From the NCBI GenBank assembly GCA_022648295.1, contig JALCME010000018.1, positions 36,626 through 100,625 of the forward strand: a stretch of DNA of 64,000 nucleotides, in the 5' to 3' direction. Shown here in pieces: positions 45,511 to 55,953 of the stretch. A program made the position numbers and the translations under genes. Source of the DNA: Bacteroides sp. Lineage in GTDB: Bacteria > Bacteroidota > Bacteroidia > Bacteroidales > Bacteroidaceae. Numbering within the stretch: the stretch's first letter is position 1; each line of letters begins with the position of its first letter. Below the pieces are notes generated by a model, which was not told where the DNA came from, did not search any database, and saw only the letters and a list, made by a program, of their open reading frames with translations.

Positions 45511-46722
45511 ATGAACAGACTTGTTTGGAAACTTCTCCGGCAACACATCAGCATTGGGCAGCTAAGCGGCTTTTTCCTGGCTAATTTTTTTGGGATGTTT
45601 ATTGTGTTGCTGAGCGTGCAATTTTATAAAGATATTGTTCCTGTCTTCACGGAAGGCGACAGCTTCATGAAAAAGGACTATATTATTACTACAAAAAAAA
45701 TAAGTACCCTTGGAAGTATCACCGGACAGAGTAATATCTTTTCCGAAGAAGAAATCAAAGACTTAAAGGCACAACCTTTCACCCGTAGCATAGCGGCCTT
45801 TACTCCTTCTCTTTTCAAGATTTCAGCGGGAGTTGGAATGCAGGAAGCGGGAATCCATCTTTCCACGGAAATGTTCTTTGAATCGGTTCCGGACTCTTAT
45901 ATTGATGCCAAATTGGATAAATGGAACTTTAAGAAAGAAATGCATATCGTTCCTATTATTATCCCCCGCAATTATCTTAACTTATATAACTTTGGGTTTG
46001 CCCAGAGTCGTAACCTGCCGAAACTCTCGGAGGGATTAATCGGACTTATGCAGATGGACATCATCATACAGGGAGATGATGGGAACACCGCACAATATAA
46101 GGGAAATATCGTGGGATTTTCCAACCGCTTAAATACAATACTTGTCCCGCAATCGTTCATGAACTGGGCAAACAAAACTTTTGCCCCGGATAAGGAACCC
46201 CAAGCCTCCCGCTTAATCGTAGAAGTTAAAAACCCCACGGATACTGCCATTATCGATTATTTCCGCCAAAAGGGCTACAATACCGAAGGAAATAATCTGG
46301 ATGCAGGAAAAACCACTTACTTTCTTCGTTTGATAATCAGTATCGTAGCCGGAGTGGGCCTCTTTATCAGCGTGCTGTCTTTCTACATTCTTATGCTGAG
46401 CATATACCTCTTATTACAGAAAAATACCGTAAAGTTGGAAAACCTATTATTAATAGGATATAGTCCTGCCAAGGTTGCCCTTCCTTACCAGATCCTAACC
46501 GCAGGGCTTAATTTACTGATACTTTTACTTGCCATAGGAGGCGTAGCATGGACCCGTTCTTACTATACAGATATGCTGCAAATGCTTCTGCCACAACTGG
46601 AAGCAGGCTCGTTTATTCCTTGTACGATAACAGGAGTCATATTGTTCCTAGCCGTATCCTTGCTTAACATAATGCTCATCCGAAAAAAAGTACAGTCTAT
46701 TTGGAGGAACAAGGAGCATTAA
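45511..46722 (+). CDS. FtsX/MacB-like ABC transporter permease
   Basis: One N-terminal TM helix, a ~240-aa extracytoplasmic domain and three C-terminal TM helices. It follows the ATPase gene. Confidence 0.75.
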   Translation: MNRLVWKLLRQHISIGQLSGFFLANFFGMFIVLLSVQFYKDIVPVFTEGDSFMKKDYIITTKKISTLGSITGQSNIFSEEEIKDLKAQPFTRSIAAFTPSLFKISAGVGMQEAGIHLSTEMFFESVPDSYIDAKLDKWNFKKEMHIVPIIIPRNYLNLYNFGFAQSRNLPKLSEGLIGLMQMDIIIQGDDGNTAQYKGNIVGFSNRLNTILVPQSFMNWANKTFAPDKEPQASRLIVEVKNPTDTAIIDYFRQKGYNTEGNNLDAGKTTYFLRLIISIVAGVGLFISVLSFYILMLSIYLLLQKNTVKLENLLLIGYSPAKVALPYQILTAGLNLLILLLAIGGVAWTRSYYTDMLQMLLPQLEAGSFIPCTITGVILFLAVSLLNIMLIRKKVQSIWRNKEH

Positions 46723-49700
46723 GACAAATGCTCCTGCATATATTCTTTAGGAGACATTCCATATACCTCTTTAAAACTAGAGGAAAAGTGAGATAAATTA
46801 GTGTAGCCTGTAGCATACGCCACCTCCGATATGGTCAGTTTTTTCTCCTTTAGTAATGCAGCAGCTTGCTGCAAACGGATATTCTTTATAAAATCACGGG
46901 CTGAAAGATTGGTCAGCTCTTTTAATTTACGGTGAACATGTACACGGCTCAAACCAACGTTAGAAGCCAACATTTCGACATTTAATCCCGGATTGGCAAT
47001 ATTTTCATTGATCACTTTCATTATTCTGCCAAGTAAAATCTCATCAGGAGATTTTATCGCTATTTTCTGTATTTTATCCTCTTGCTGCTGTGCACCGCTA
47101 AATTTATTGCGTAATAACCTGCGGTTAACAATCAAGTTGGAAATTGTACTCTTCAATAGTTCCGTGTTAAAAGGCTTCACGATATAGGCATCTGCACCGG
47201 TTTCCATACCTTCTATCGTATCTTCTGGTTTTGTTTTAGCTGTTAAAAGGACAACAGGTACATGATTAACATTGACATTCTGCTTTATTTTACGACATAA
47301 AGTTAAACCATCCATCTCCGGCATCATAATATCACTAATCACTAAATCCGGAGTGTTGGTCAGTATCATCTCATAGGCTTCTTTGCCATTTTTACAAGTT
47401 TTTATTCTATACTCGTCAGAAAGTTCTTCCTTCAAATACTCTAAGATTTCATATTCATCCTCCACCAGTAACAAGCAAAAGTGAGTTTTAGCTTTCACCG
47501 TTCTCTTCCCATCCCCATCTTCATCTGAGAACTCTTCTGTGAATTCCTGCTTTTCTAATTTGGAAAACGAAGCACGGATAGCTTCACTACCTACTTCCGC
47601 ATCTTCCAGCTCATCTGCACGAAGATGCGCTGATCCCAACGGGATACGAATGATAAAACGACTACCAGAAGCATCTTCACGATTCTCGGCAGTAATCGTT
47701 CCGTGATGCAACTCGACTAATGATTTTGAAAGATGCAAGCCAATGCCCGTACCGAAATTAGACTTTGTTACATCATTATTTATTTGATAAAAGCGCTCAA
47801 ATATCCGCTCTATCTTATCCTTATCTATTCCAATGCCACTATCAGCAACAATAATCTGGAAATATTCCCGCAAAGCATCTTTTCGCAACGCGTCCGTTCC
47901 CGTTGTAAGACTGACGGAAACATCTCCACCAACGGGAGTATACTTAAAAGCATTGGAGAATATATTCATCAATATTTTATCAAAATTATTCAAATCCACC
48001 CAAACCTTTAATTGGGGCATGGCATGTTCAAAGGTAAAATGTATTCGCTTTTTTCTCGCCATATAATCAAATGTGAGTACGACATCATCTATGAAGCCAA
48101 CCATATCCGTTTCCCTAAACTTCATGAACATTTGCCCCTTATCCAGTTTGCGAATATCCATCAGTTGATTTATCAATCGCAAAATTCGTTGGGCATTACG
48201 ATAAATCATCAAATAAGTTTTTTGAATAGGCTTCCCTTTGGTTTCAGCCAACAGCTTCTCCAGCGGATTAATAATAAGTGTCATAGGAGTCCGTATCTCA
48301 TGGGATATATTAATAAAGAATTGAAGCTTCGCTTCATTCAGTTGTTCAATATGCTCGCGCTTCATCATTTCACGACGATGCCGCATTCTGGATATGATAT
48401 AATTCAATATGCCCAACATCAACAAAAAGAAAAAGCCTACGTAAATACAATAAGCCCACCACATCTGATACCAAGGTGGAGTAATCAGAATCTTAATAGA
48501 GCGGATTTTTGAATAGACTCCATGATTAAACGTCCTCACATGAAAATGGTACTTGCCGGGAGGAAGATTATTATAGGTCACCCTATTCACACCAGGTTCA
48601 GAACTAAGCCATTGAGTACTTAACTCATCGATTTTGTATTGGTAAGAAATTTGTTCGGGATTATTATACTGAAATGTAGAAAACGCAATACTAAAAGTAT
48701 TATCCTTATAAGACAATTGAAATAGATTTGCATCCGAAACAGAGGTGTAAATCACAGGTTGTCCACCGGAATAGATATTTTTATGAACCGGTTCATTAAA
48801 AATATAAAAATCAGTGATTTCAACCTCAGGAGCTTTATATGCCCCAGCAATTGAGACCGGATAAAAGCATGTAACTCCATTAGGCCCTCCAAAATACACT
48901 TTATCTGAGTGATCCTTATAAAAAGCTCCATGGGTAAATTCATTTCCTTGCAAGCCATCTCCAGCATAATAATTGATAAAACGATCTTTTGAAACATTAT
49001 ACCGGCTAATTCCTTTATAGGTACTAATCCACAAATCATGCTTTTTGTCTTCACACAACCCACATATCACATTATTAGGAAGCCCATTCTTAGTAGTAAA
49101 TCTTTTCAAATATCTCGTCTTCTTATCAAAGCAGTATAAGCCATCCGTAGTACCTGACCATATATGCCCAAGATAATCTTCTTGTATCACATAGCCCACT
49201 CGACCGGTTATTAAAGTATTAACTGAGCCATAATTAATGAAACTTTCAGTCGCAGGATTAAAACAGCTAATCCCTTTATAATGTCCTAACCAAACCAATC
49301 CGTCACTATCACAAAAAATATAATTTATCCAATCATTGGCAAGTTCGTTTCTGGTCAGATCCCCTGTCTCATCTTTAGAAGATTCGTAATGTTTAAGCTT
49401 CCCTGTTAATAAATTATAGCAATAAAAACCAGACCCAAGTGTTGCTATATATAAATTCTTGTGGCGGTCTTCTGCAATGGAAAAAATTTTCTCATTATTA
49501 AGATGCAAAGAATAATCACATTTTCCGGTATTCCGATCCAATTTAGCTAATCCACGGGTGTAAGAACCTACCCAAAAATCTCCATTTGAATCCTCACGCA
49601 TACACATAATAGTATTCGCAATAGCATGCGGACTATTTTCCGGTTGATAATGACGGAGCCTTTTCCCATTAGCATCCAGCTCAAATACCCCTTCATTATC

Positions 49701-50810
49701 GGAACCTACCCACAAATGATATCTGCTATCCTGATAAATAGACATCACACATCCTTGCCCAATAGGGTTATAATAGACCGACCTCTCCCCGTAGTATTCA
49801 AAAGCATTTTCCTGTTTGGGAATTAAAGCAATGCCTTTTTGAAATAATCCTAACCACAAATTTTTATCCCTATCCTCAAGAATAGAATGAATCTTTCCTC
49901 TGGAAAAATCCAACGGGGCGGAATTAATGCTATAATCCTCTATTTTCCGACTTCCCGGGTTATACGTTTTTAAGCCCTGTCCATCCGTACCAATTAAAAG
50001 CCTTCCACCTACAAGAGACATGCAATAGACCGACAGTGTGACATTACTAGCATAGGGAATAGGAAAAAACTTTCTCGTTTTTTTATCGAAGAGAGATACC
50101 CCTTGCGTCTGAGTTCCGACAAAAAGATTGCCGGACTTATCTTCTATAATAGAGGAGATATTATTATCATTAATCTCCGGATATTTAAATACATGTATTT
50201 TATGAGTATCGGGATGATAACAAATTAAGCCATTTCCTTCCGTCCCTATCCATATATTGGACTGAGAATCTTCATAAAGGTTAGATTGAAAATTATAGTT
50301 CAATTGATTCATGATAGCATCAACAGAAATAGCCTTTCTTTCCTCTTTATCAAGTTGGAATACCCCCTGTCCTGTTGTTGACATCCATATCTCTCCATTA
50401 TGCAACTCATAGATTTGAGTGACATGTGGAAAAACGCGCTTACCCGACCGCAGCATGGGGATTTCATGAAAGGTATCCGTAGCCCGGTCATATTTCATTA
50501 GGCCATCAATACAGCCAATTAACATATTCTGCCGGCTATCTTCAAAAAGGGTACGTATATAATTGTTTTTAATAGAAACAGAATCACCAATAAGATGCTT
50601 ATATGTCGAAAAATGTATTCCATCAAATTTGTTTAATCCATATTCCGTTGCAATCCAAACAAAACCCTTACTATCTTGAAAGATTTGATTGACTAAACTA
50701 CTCGATAATCCACTATCAGTAGAATAGAATCTACCGGTTTGAGCAGTTACTTGCAATAAACAACATCCAATAAATACGAAGGAAAGAATTTTTCGCAAAA
50801 AAGTATTCAT
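46719..50810 (-). CDS. Hybrid two-component system (HTCS) sensor kinase / response regulator with AraC-type output
   Basis: The track ORF opens on TTG at 50900. ATG 50810 gives the signal MNTFLRKILSFVFIGCCLLQVTA. It has periplasmic beta-propeller repeats, a TM helix (WWAYCIYVGFFFLLMLGIL), HisKA SHEIRTPMT, HATPase GTGIGLHLS, a receiver domain (DIMMPEMDG) and an AraC HTH at the C-terminus. Confidence 0.93.
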   Translation of the reverse strand: MNTFLRKILSFVFIGCCLLQVTAQTGRFYSTDSGLSSSLVNQIFQDSKGFVWIATEYGLNKFDGIHFSTYKHLIGDSVSIKNNYIRTLFEDSRQNMLIGCIDGLMKYDRATDTFHEIPMLRSGKRVFPHVTQIYELHNGEIWMSTTGQGVFQLDKEERKAISVDAIMNQLNYNFQSNLYEDSQSNIWIGTEGNGLICYHPDTHKIHVFKYPEINDNNISSIIEDKSGNLFVGTQTQGVSLFDKKTRKFFPIPYASNVTLSVYCMSLVGGRLLIGTDGQGLKTYNPGSRKIEDYSINSAPLDFSRGKIHSILEDRDKNLWLGLFQKGIALIPKQENAFEYYGERSVYYNPIGQGCVMSIYQDSRYHLWVGSDNEGVFELDANGKRLRHYQPENSPHAIANTIMCMREDSNGDFWVGSYTRGLAKLDRNTGKCDYSLHLNNEKIFSIAEDRHKNLYIATLGSGFYCYNLLTGKLKHYESSKDETGDLTRNELANDWINYIFCDSDGLVWLGHYKGISCFNPATESFINYGSVNTLITGRVGYVIQEDYLGHIWSGTTDGLYCFDKKTRYLKRFTTKNGLPNNVICGLCEDKKHDLWISTYKGISRYNVSKDRFINYYAGDGLQGNEFTHGAFYKDHSDKVYFGGPNGVTCFYPVSIAGAYKAPEVEITDFYIFNEPVHKNIYSGGQPVIYTSVSDANLFQLSYKDNTFSIAFSTFQYNNPEQISYQYKIDELSTQWLSSEPGVNRVTYNNLPPGKYHFHVRTFNHGVYSKIRSIKILITPPWYQMWWAYCIYVGFFFLLMLGILNYIISRMRHRREMMKREHIEQLNEAKLQFFINISHEIRTPMTLIINPLEKLLAETKGKPIQKTYLMIYRNAQRILRLINQLMDIRKLDKGQMFMKFRETDMVGFIDDVVLTFDYMARKKRIHFTFEHAMPQLKVWVDLNNFDKILMNIFSNAFKYTPVGGDVSVSLTTGTDALRKDALREYFQIIVADSGIGIDKDKIERIFERFYQINNDVTKSNFGTGIGLHLSKSLVELHHGTITAENREDASGSRFIIRIPLGSAHLRADELEDAEVGSEAIRASFSKLEKQEFTEEFSDEDGDGKRTVKAKTHFCLLLVEDEYEILEYLKEELSDEYRIKTCKNGKEAYEMILTNTPDLVISDIMMPEMDGLTLCRKIKQNVNVNHVPVVLLTAKTKPEDTIEGMETGADAYIVKPFNTELLKSTISNLIVNRRLLRNKFSGAQQQEDKIQKIAIKSPDEILLGRIMKVINENIANPGLNVEMLASNVGLSRVHVHRKLKELTNLSARDFIKNIRLQQAAALLKEKKLTISEVAYATGYTNLSHFSSSFKEVYGMSPKEYMQEHLS

Positions 50811-51020
50811 AATATTAAAATAAGTAACAAAGACAAAGGTAACAAAAAAGAAAAAAAGATTAGAGTTGTTCAAAGGATATTTTGTAAAAAGGATTTGCAA
50901 ATAATGTTATATAACATAAACGTAACCCCCGAACAAAACATTGTAACGTACAGAAAAGTTATGTTACACCAGGACATAACACAGGAAACATTTTTTCGCA
51001 TCTTTTTAATCCAGATCTGT

Positions 51021-51028
51021 TAATTTTG
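51021..51028 (+). promoter_or_regulatory. -7 promoter box TAATTTTG for the xylan-PUL SusC operon
   Basis: Matches TAnnTTTG, 33 bp upstream of ATG 51061. Confidence 0.5.
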
Positions 51029-51060
51029 TCACATTATTATTTATAAAAACCTATTTCATT

Positions 51061-54000
51061 ATGAAATGCACAAATCATTATTTTAAGCCTCTTGGGCTTC
51101 TATTCTTATTATGCCTGATACCGCTTTGGGCATTTTCACAGAATATAACTGTGAAAGGTGTAGTGAAGGACACCTCAGGAGAACCGATTATCGGTGCAAG
51201 TGTTGTACAAAAAGGCACAAGTAACGGTATTATTACCGATCTCAACGGAAAATTTTCGCTGAATGTACCGGCAAATAGTACAATCTCTATTTCATTCATT
51301 GGCTACAAGTCACAAGAAATACAAGTGGCTGGAAAAACACAATTTAATATTGTACTAAAAGAGAACACTGAAATGTTAGACGAAGTCGTCGTTGTTGGTT
51401 ATGGGCAAATGAGACGCAGTGATTTAACTGGTTCCGTAGTTTCCGTAAGTAATGATGCAATAAAGAAATCAGTAGTAACTTCGGTTGATCAAGTCTTACA
51501 GGGACGTGCAGCAGGTGTACAAGTGCAAGCTAATTCTGGTATGCCTGGTGCAAGTTCGTCTATACGTATACGAGGTATAAATTCATTAAACGGTTCTAAT
51601 GAACCCATATTCGTAATTGACGGAGTAATCATTGACAGTTCAACAGGATCAGGGACAGATAATGCCCTGGCGTCAATAAACCCGTCGGATATTGTCTCCA
51701 TGGACGTTTTAAAGGATGCTTCAGCCACAGCTATTTATGGAGCACGTGCGGCCAATGGGGTCATTATAATTACCACTAAACGGGGTGAAAAGGGTATAGC
51801 AAACATAACTTATGATGGGTACGTAGGATGGCAGGAAATGCCAAAAAAACTGGATATGCTAAATTTACGAGAATATGCAGAACATAGAAATGTACGTTCA
51901 GGAAAAGATTACGCCGGCCAAGACTGGGGCATTGTTAAAACCGATAATAACTTTGTTAGACCGGATTTATTGGGTGAGGGCACAGATTGGCAGGATGAAA
52001 TGTTTTCCAAAGCATTAATGACCAGCCATAACTTATCTGTAACAGGAGGTAACGATAAAAGTAATTATGCAATGGGAGCTGGATACCTTCAACAAGACGG
52101 CATTGCCGTAGGATCCGGATTTCGCAGGCTAAATTTGCGTGGAAGCTTCGACTCACAAGTAAAAAGTTATTTAAAAATGGGAATAAATTTTGCTTTTAGT
52201 CAATCGAAGCAAAAACTCACAATATCGGATGAATCGCTTATTCAAACGGCATTATTACAAACGCCAAATGTTGCTGTACGAAATGCAGATGGCAGCTATG
52301 ATGGACCAGATACAGATGAATGGACTCAAACTAATCCGGTAGGAATGGCAAAAATCAACGACAACCGAAATGAGAAAATGGGAATTCGTGCCAATACCTA
52401 TGCAGAAGTCACTTTTATGAAAGGATTAACTTATAAATCTGAATTGTCTTTTGACTACGGCATTACAAACACCTATAAATTTAGCCCTTCATATAAATTC
52501 GGCGCTATTGTTAATGAAAATCGCCAAGGAGCATTCTCTAAAACATATAACAAGTATTGGACTTGGAGAAATCTGGTAAATTACAATCATATTTTCGGGG
52601 TGCATAATATAAACGTTATGCTCGGACAAGAGATGCAGCAAAGTAAATGGGAATACCTTTACGGTTCCCGAACAGGTTATCTTTCTAATGCAGCAACCGA
52701 TCTAACTTTAGGAGATGCAAGTACAGCCAATAATAATGGAAACAGTGGAGAAAGTTCCATCTTGTCCTATTTCGGACGTATGTTCTATTCTTATAACGAT
52801 AAGTACTTGCTAACATTCACCTTACGTCGTGATGGATCATCCAAATTTTATAAAGATAATCGCTGGGGTTGGTTCCCCTCAGCTGCATTAGCATGGAAAA
52901 TTTCAAATGAATCGTTTCTAAAAGATAATGGTATCATTAACAACCTGAAACTCCGTTTAGGATGGGGAGCTGTAGGTAACCAAAATGTTGTAAACAATGC
53001 CTATCGTTCAATATATTCTTCCGTTGCCACGACTTGGGGTACCGGACTACTAGCCGGTAACACTCCAAACCCAGAACTAAAATGGGAAACCACCTATTCA
53101 AGCAATATTGGTATTGATTTGAATATGTTCCAAAATAGAATAGAGTTTATTGCCGATGTCTATTACAAAAAGACTAAAGACTTGCTCCTCCAAGTTCCTT
53201 TACCGGCTTACGTCGGAACATCAGGAAGTCCAGGTGCAACAGCTGCCCCATGGAAGAATATTGGTTCATTGGAAAACAAAGGTCTGGAGCTAACATTAAA
53301 TACGGTCAATATTGATAAAAAAGGATTTCAATGGAAAAGTAGTTTTATATATTCCATGAACCGCAATAAAGTAAAAGAACTAGATACTGCAACAAGCCTA
53401 ATTGATAAAACAAACCAAAGTGGCTCCGCAATTACGATTATTACGCGGACAGCTGTCGGAGAGCCAATTGGCCAATTTTATGGATATAAATGTATAGGAC
53501 GCTTTGAAAAAGCCACTGACTTCTATTATAAAAATGAAAAAGGAGAAGTCACCCCGGTAGCCCTCCCGGAGGGAATGTCCATTGGCAAAAACAGCGTATG
53601 GATAGGCGACTATATTTTCGAAGATATATATAAAGATGGAATAATTGATGAAAAAGATCGAACTTACATTGGAAATCCGGAACCAGACTTTACCTTTGGT
53701 ATCGGCAATAGTTTTTCATATAAAGGCTTCGATTTGAATATTTATTTAAACGGATCCGTGGGTAACGATGTAGTAAACTGGGCTAGAAGAACCTTAGAAG
53801 ACCCTCACCAAAACACCAACTTACTAAAAAGAGCTCTGAACTATGCAAAACTCGGATTGATTGATCCAAACGGCCCGGATGACTATCGCAATGTACAAAT
53901 AATTGGTGGTTCTCCTTATGCATCCCGTATGTCCGGCTCAACAAAGACAAATGAATCAAACTATAGATTCAGTGATCTATACGTAGAAGATGGATCCTAT

Positions 54001-54237
54001 TTACGTATTCAATCCATTTCTTTAGGATACACTTTTCCACGTAAATGGACGGAACATATTGGCATTCAAAATCTGAAAGTTTATTGTAACCTGCAAAACG
54101 TATATACTTTCACCAAATATAAAGGTTATGATCCTGAAATTGGCTCAGCTAACCAAGATGCGTTATTGACCGGATTTGATAACTACCGTTATCCATCTCC
54201 TAGAATTTATACATTTGGCCTGAACTTAACTTTTTAA
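51061..54237 (+). CDS. SusC-family TonB-dependent transporter
   Basis: Signal peptide, carboxypeptidase-regulatory-like domain (VKGVVKDTSGEPIIGASVV), DEVVVVGYG, a plug, and a barrel ending ..FGLNLTF. Confidence 0.93.
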   Translation: MKCTNHYFKPLGLLFLLCLIPLWAFSQNITVKGVVKDTSGEPIIGASVVQKGTSNGIITDLNGKFSLNVPANSTISISFIGYKSQEIQVAGKTQFNIVLKENTEMLDEVVVVGYGQMRRSDLTGSVVSVSNDAIKKSVVTSVDQVLQGRAAGVQVQANSGMPGASSSIRIRGINSLNGSNEPIFVIDGVIIDSSTGSGTDNALASINPSDIVSMDVLKDASATAIYGARAANGVIIITTKRGEKGIANITYDGYVGWQEMPKKLDMLNLREYAEHRNVRSGKDYAGQDWGIVKTDNNFVRPDLLGEGTDWQDEMFSKALMTSHNLSVTGGNDKSNYAMGAGYLQQDGIAVGSGFRRLNLRGSFDSQVKSYLKMGINFAFSQSKQKLTISDESLIQTALLQTPNVAVRNADGSYDGPDTDEWTQTNPVGMAKINDNRNEKMGIRANTYAEVTFMKGLTYKSELSFDYGITNTYKFSPSYKFGAIVNENRQGAFSKTYNKYWTWRNLVNYNHIFGVHNINVMLGQEMQQSKWEYLYGSRTGYLSNAATDLTLGDASTANNNGNSGESSILSYFGRMFYSYNDKYLLTFTLRRDGSSKFYKDNRWGWFPSAALAWKISNESFLKDNGIINNLKLRLGWGAVGNQNVVNNAYRSIYSSVATTWGTGLLAGNTPNPELKWETTYSSNIGIDLNMFQNRIEFIADVYYKKTKDLLLQVPLPAYVGTSGSPGATAAPWKNIGSLENKGLELTLNTVNIDKKGFQWKSSFIYSMNRNKVKELDTATSLIDKTNQSGSAITIITRTAVGEPIGQFYGYKCIGRFEKATDFYYKNEKGEVTPVALPEGMSIGKNSVWIGDYIFEDIYKDGIIDEKDRTYIGNPEPDFTFGIGNSFSYKGFDLNIYLNGSVGNDVVNWARRTLEDPHQNTNLLKRALNYAKLGLIDPNGPDDYRNVQIIGGSPYASRMSGSTKTNESNYRFSDLYVEDGSYLRIQSISLGYTFPRKWTEHIGIQNLKVYCNLQNVYTFTKYKGYDPEIGSANQDALLTGFDNYRYPSPRIYTFGLNLTF

Positions 54238-54248
54238 AGACTAAGAAT

Positions 54249-55946
54249 ATGAAAACGAATAAATACATATATTCTTGCATGTTAGCATTCTCCTTACTAT
54301 TTACAGGATGCAGCGACTTTCTGGACTCAACAGATAATTCAAACATAGCAGGAGACAACTTTTATCAAACGGAAGAAGACTGTAAAGCGGCAACAGCACC
54401 ATTATATAGTAAAGTATGGTTTCACTTTAACGACAAGTTCTATTATGGAATGGGAGACGGTCGCGGGTATAATCTTCGTGCACCTTATTCTGATTATATT
54501 TACCCCTTTACAGATCTTAATGAAAGCGGTCTGACGGGGCCACTTGTACAAGCATGGGAGTCGTTCTATATTGTAGTGCAACAAGCAAATAAAGTAATTA
54601 ACGGAATCAAGGGAGGAAACATGAGCGAAAGCATCAAACCTCAATACATAGCAGAAGCCCGTTTCATGCGCGGCGTTGCTTATTATTATCTGGCTATGCT
54701 ATGGGGAAATGTAATTCTCAACGAGAATTCGGATGAATTAGTTGCTAATCCTGTTGTAGCCCCAAGTCCCGTTTCCGATGTATATGAATTCGTGATGCGT
54801 GATTTAGAATATGCTGCAAAATACCTACCGGAGACATCTTATGCCACCGGACGGGTAAACAAGTACAGTGCATTCGCCATGCTGTCACGGATTTATTTAA
54901 CTTATGCCGGCTACAGTGATAATCCAAACAGCGGTACGCGCAATGGAGAGTATCTGGAATTAGCTAAAAAAGCAGCAATGAAAGTCATTGAAAACAAGAA
55001 TTTCGGCTTAATGGATAATTATGCAGACTTATTCAAAATAGAAAATAACAACAATAAAGAAACGCTGTTTGCACTACAATGGGTGGCAAAAAGTGAAGTC
55101 TACGGAGAATCCAATACCATACAAAATTATTTTGCTTACGGATCGGATGTTACAGGTACCTCCAAAGCATGGGGAGGTGCTACAGTTGCTCAGCCTAATG
55201 CCATTTGGGAATACGAACAAGGCGACGCCAGAAGAAAAGCTACATGGATGGCTTATGGAGACTTTTATTCAGAATTAATGAGCGACAAAGGCGGACTGAC
55301 ATTTGAATATTCCGAATCTCAATTAAATTGCAAAAAGTATGTTTGTGGATCGAACAAAGATAACTCCAATATCACAGAAGGTAGCACACCTATAGATACC
55401 TATATGATTCGTTTAGGAGAAGTTTATCTTAACTACGCAGAAGCCGCATTTGGAACTAGTATCTCCTTGAACAGCGGGAAAAGTGCTGATGATACAAAAG
55501 TCACATTAGGTACAAATCTATCTTGTGACGATCCAACAGCTTTCGAATTATATAAAGCAATCCGAACTCGTGCAGGACTTACAACGAAAGGTTCTTCCTT
55601 TACATTTGATGATTTACGCCGTGAACGCCGTTTAGAACTTTGCCTAGAAGGTCAATATTGGTACGACATGGTACGTTGGGGCTATTTCCAACAGCAAGCA
55701 GTATTAAACTATATTACGGGACAAAAGCGTGATACCAACATACCTGTTCTATGGGATTCTACGACGCAAACATTATCGGAAGATACTTCCAAGGATCGTA
55801 CACAGCGATCAGTTGGTAATGTTCAGGCAAGCATTTTCCTTTTGCCTTATCCTGAATCTGAAACAGTACAAAATCCTTTGCTTAAGGGAGCACCTGTTCC
55901 ATATAAGTTCACCGAGGAGAGAATAACCGACGAATTGTTTAACTAA
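54249..55946 (+). CDS. SusD-family glycan-binding lipoprotein
   Basis: Lipobox LLFTGC. SusD-like TPR scaffold (..EARFMRGVAYYYLAMLWGNV.., ..RRERRLELCLEGQYWYDMVRWG..). Confidence 0.92.
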   Translation: MKTNKYIYSCMLAFSLLFTGCSDFLDSTDNSNIAGDNFYQTEEDCKAATAPLYSKVWFHFNDKFYYGMGDGRGYNLRAPYSDYIYPFTDLNESGLTGPLVQAWESFYIVVQQANKVINGIKGGNMSESIKPQYIAEARFMRGVAYYYLAMLWGNVILNENSDELVANPVVAPSPVSDVYEFVMRDLEYAAKYLPETSYATGRVNKYSAFAMLSRIYLTYAGYSDNPNSGTRNGEYLELAKKAAMKVIENKNFGLMDNYADLFKIENNNNKETLFALQWVAKSEVYGESNTIQNYFAYGSDVTGTSKAWGGATVAQPNAIWEYEQGDARRKATWMAYGDFYSELMSDKGGLTFEYSESQLNCKKYVCGSNKDNSNITEGSTPIDTYMIRLGEVYLNYAEAAFGTSISLNSGKSADDTKVTLGTNLSCDDPTAFELYKAIRTRAGLTTKGSSFTFDDLRRERRLELCLEGQYWYDMVRWGYFQQQAVLNYITGQKRDTNIPVLWDSTTQTLSEDTSKDRTQRSVGNVQASIFLLPYPESETVQNPLLKGAPVPYKFTEERITDELFN

Positions 55947-55953
55947 TTAAAAT

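Noticed and set aside
50920-50956. Possible invertible-promoter (fin-type) inverted repeats (aaacgtaac / taacgtaca) between HTCS and SusC
   Set aside because: The two words are in direct rather than inverted orientation, and each matches only part of the ARACGTWCGT-type recombinase site as I recall it. No site-specific recombinase gene is nearby.
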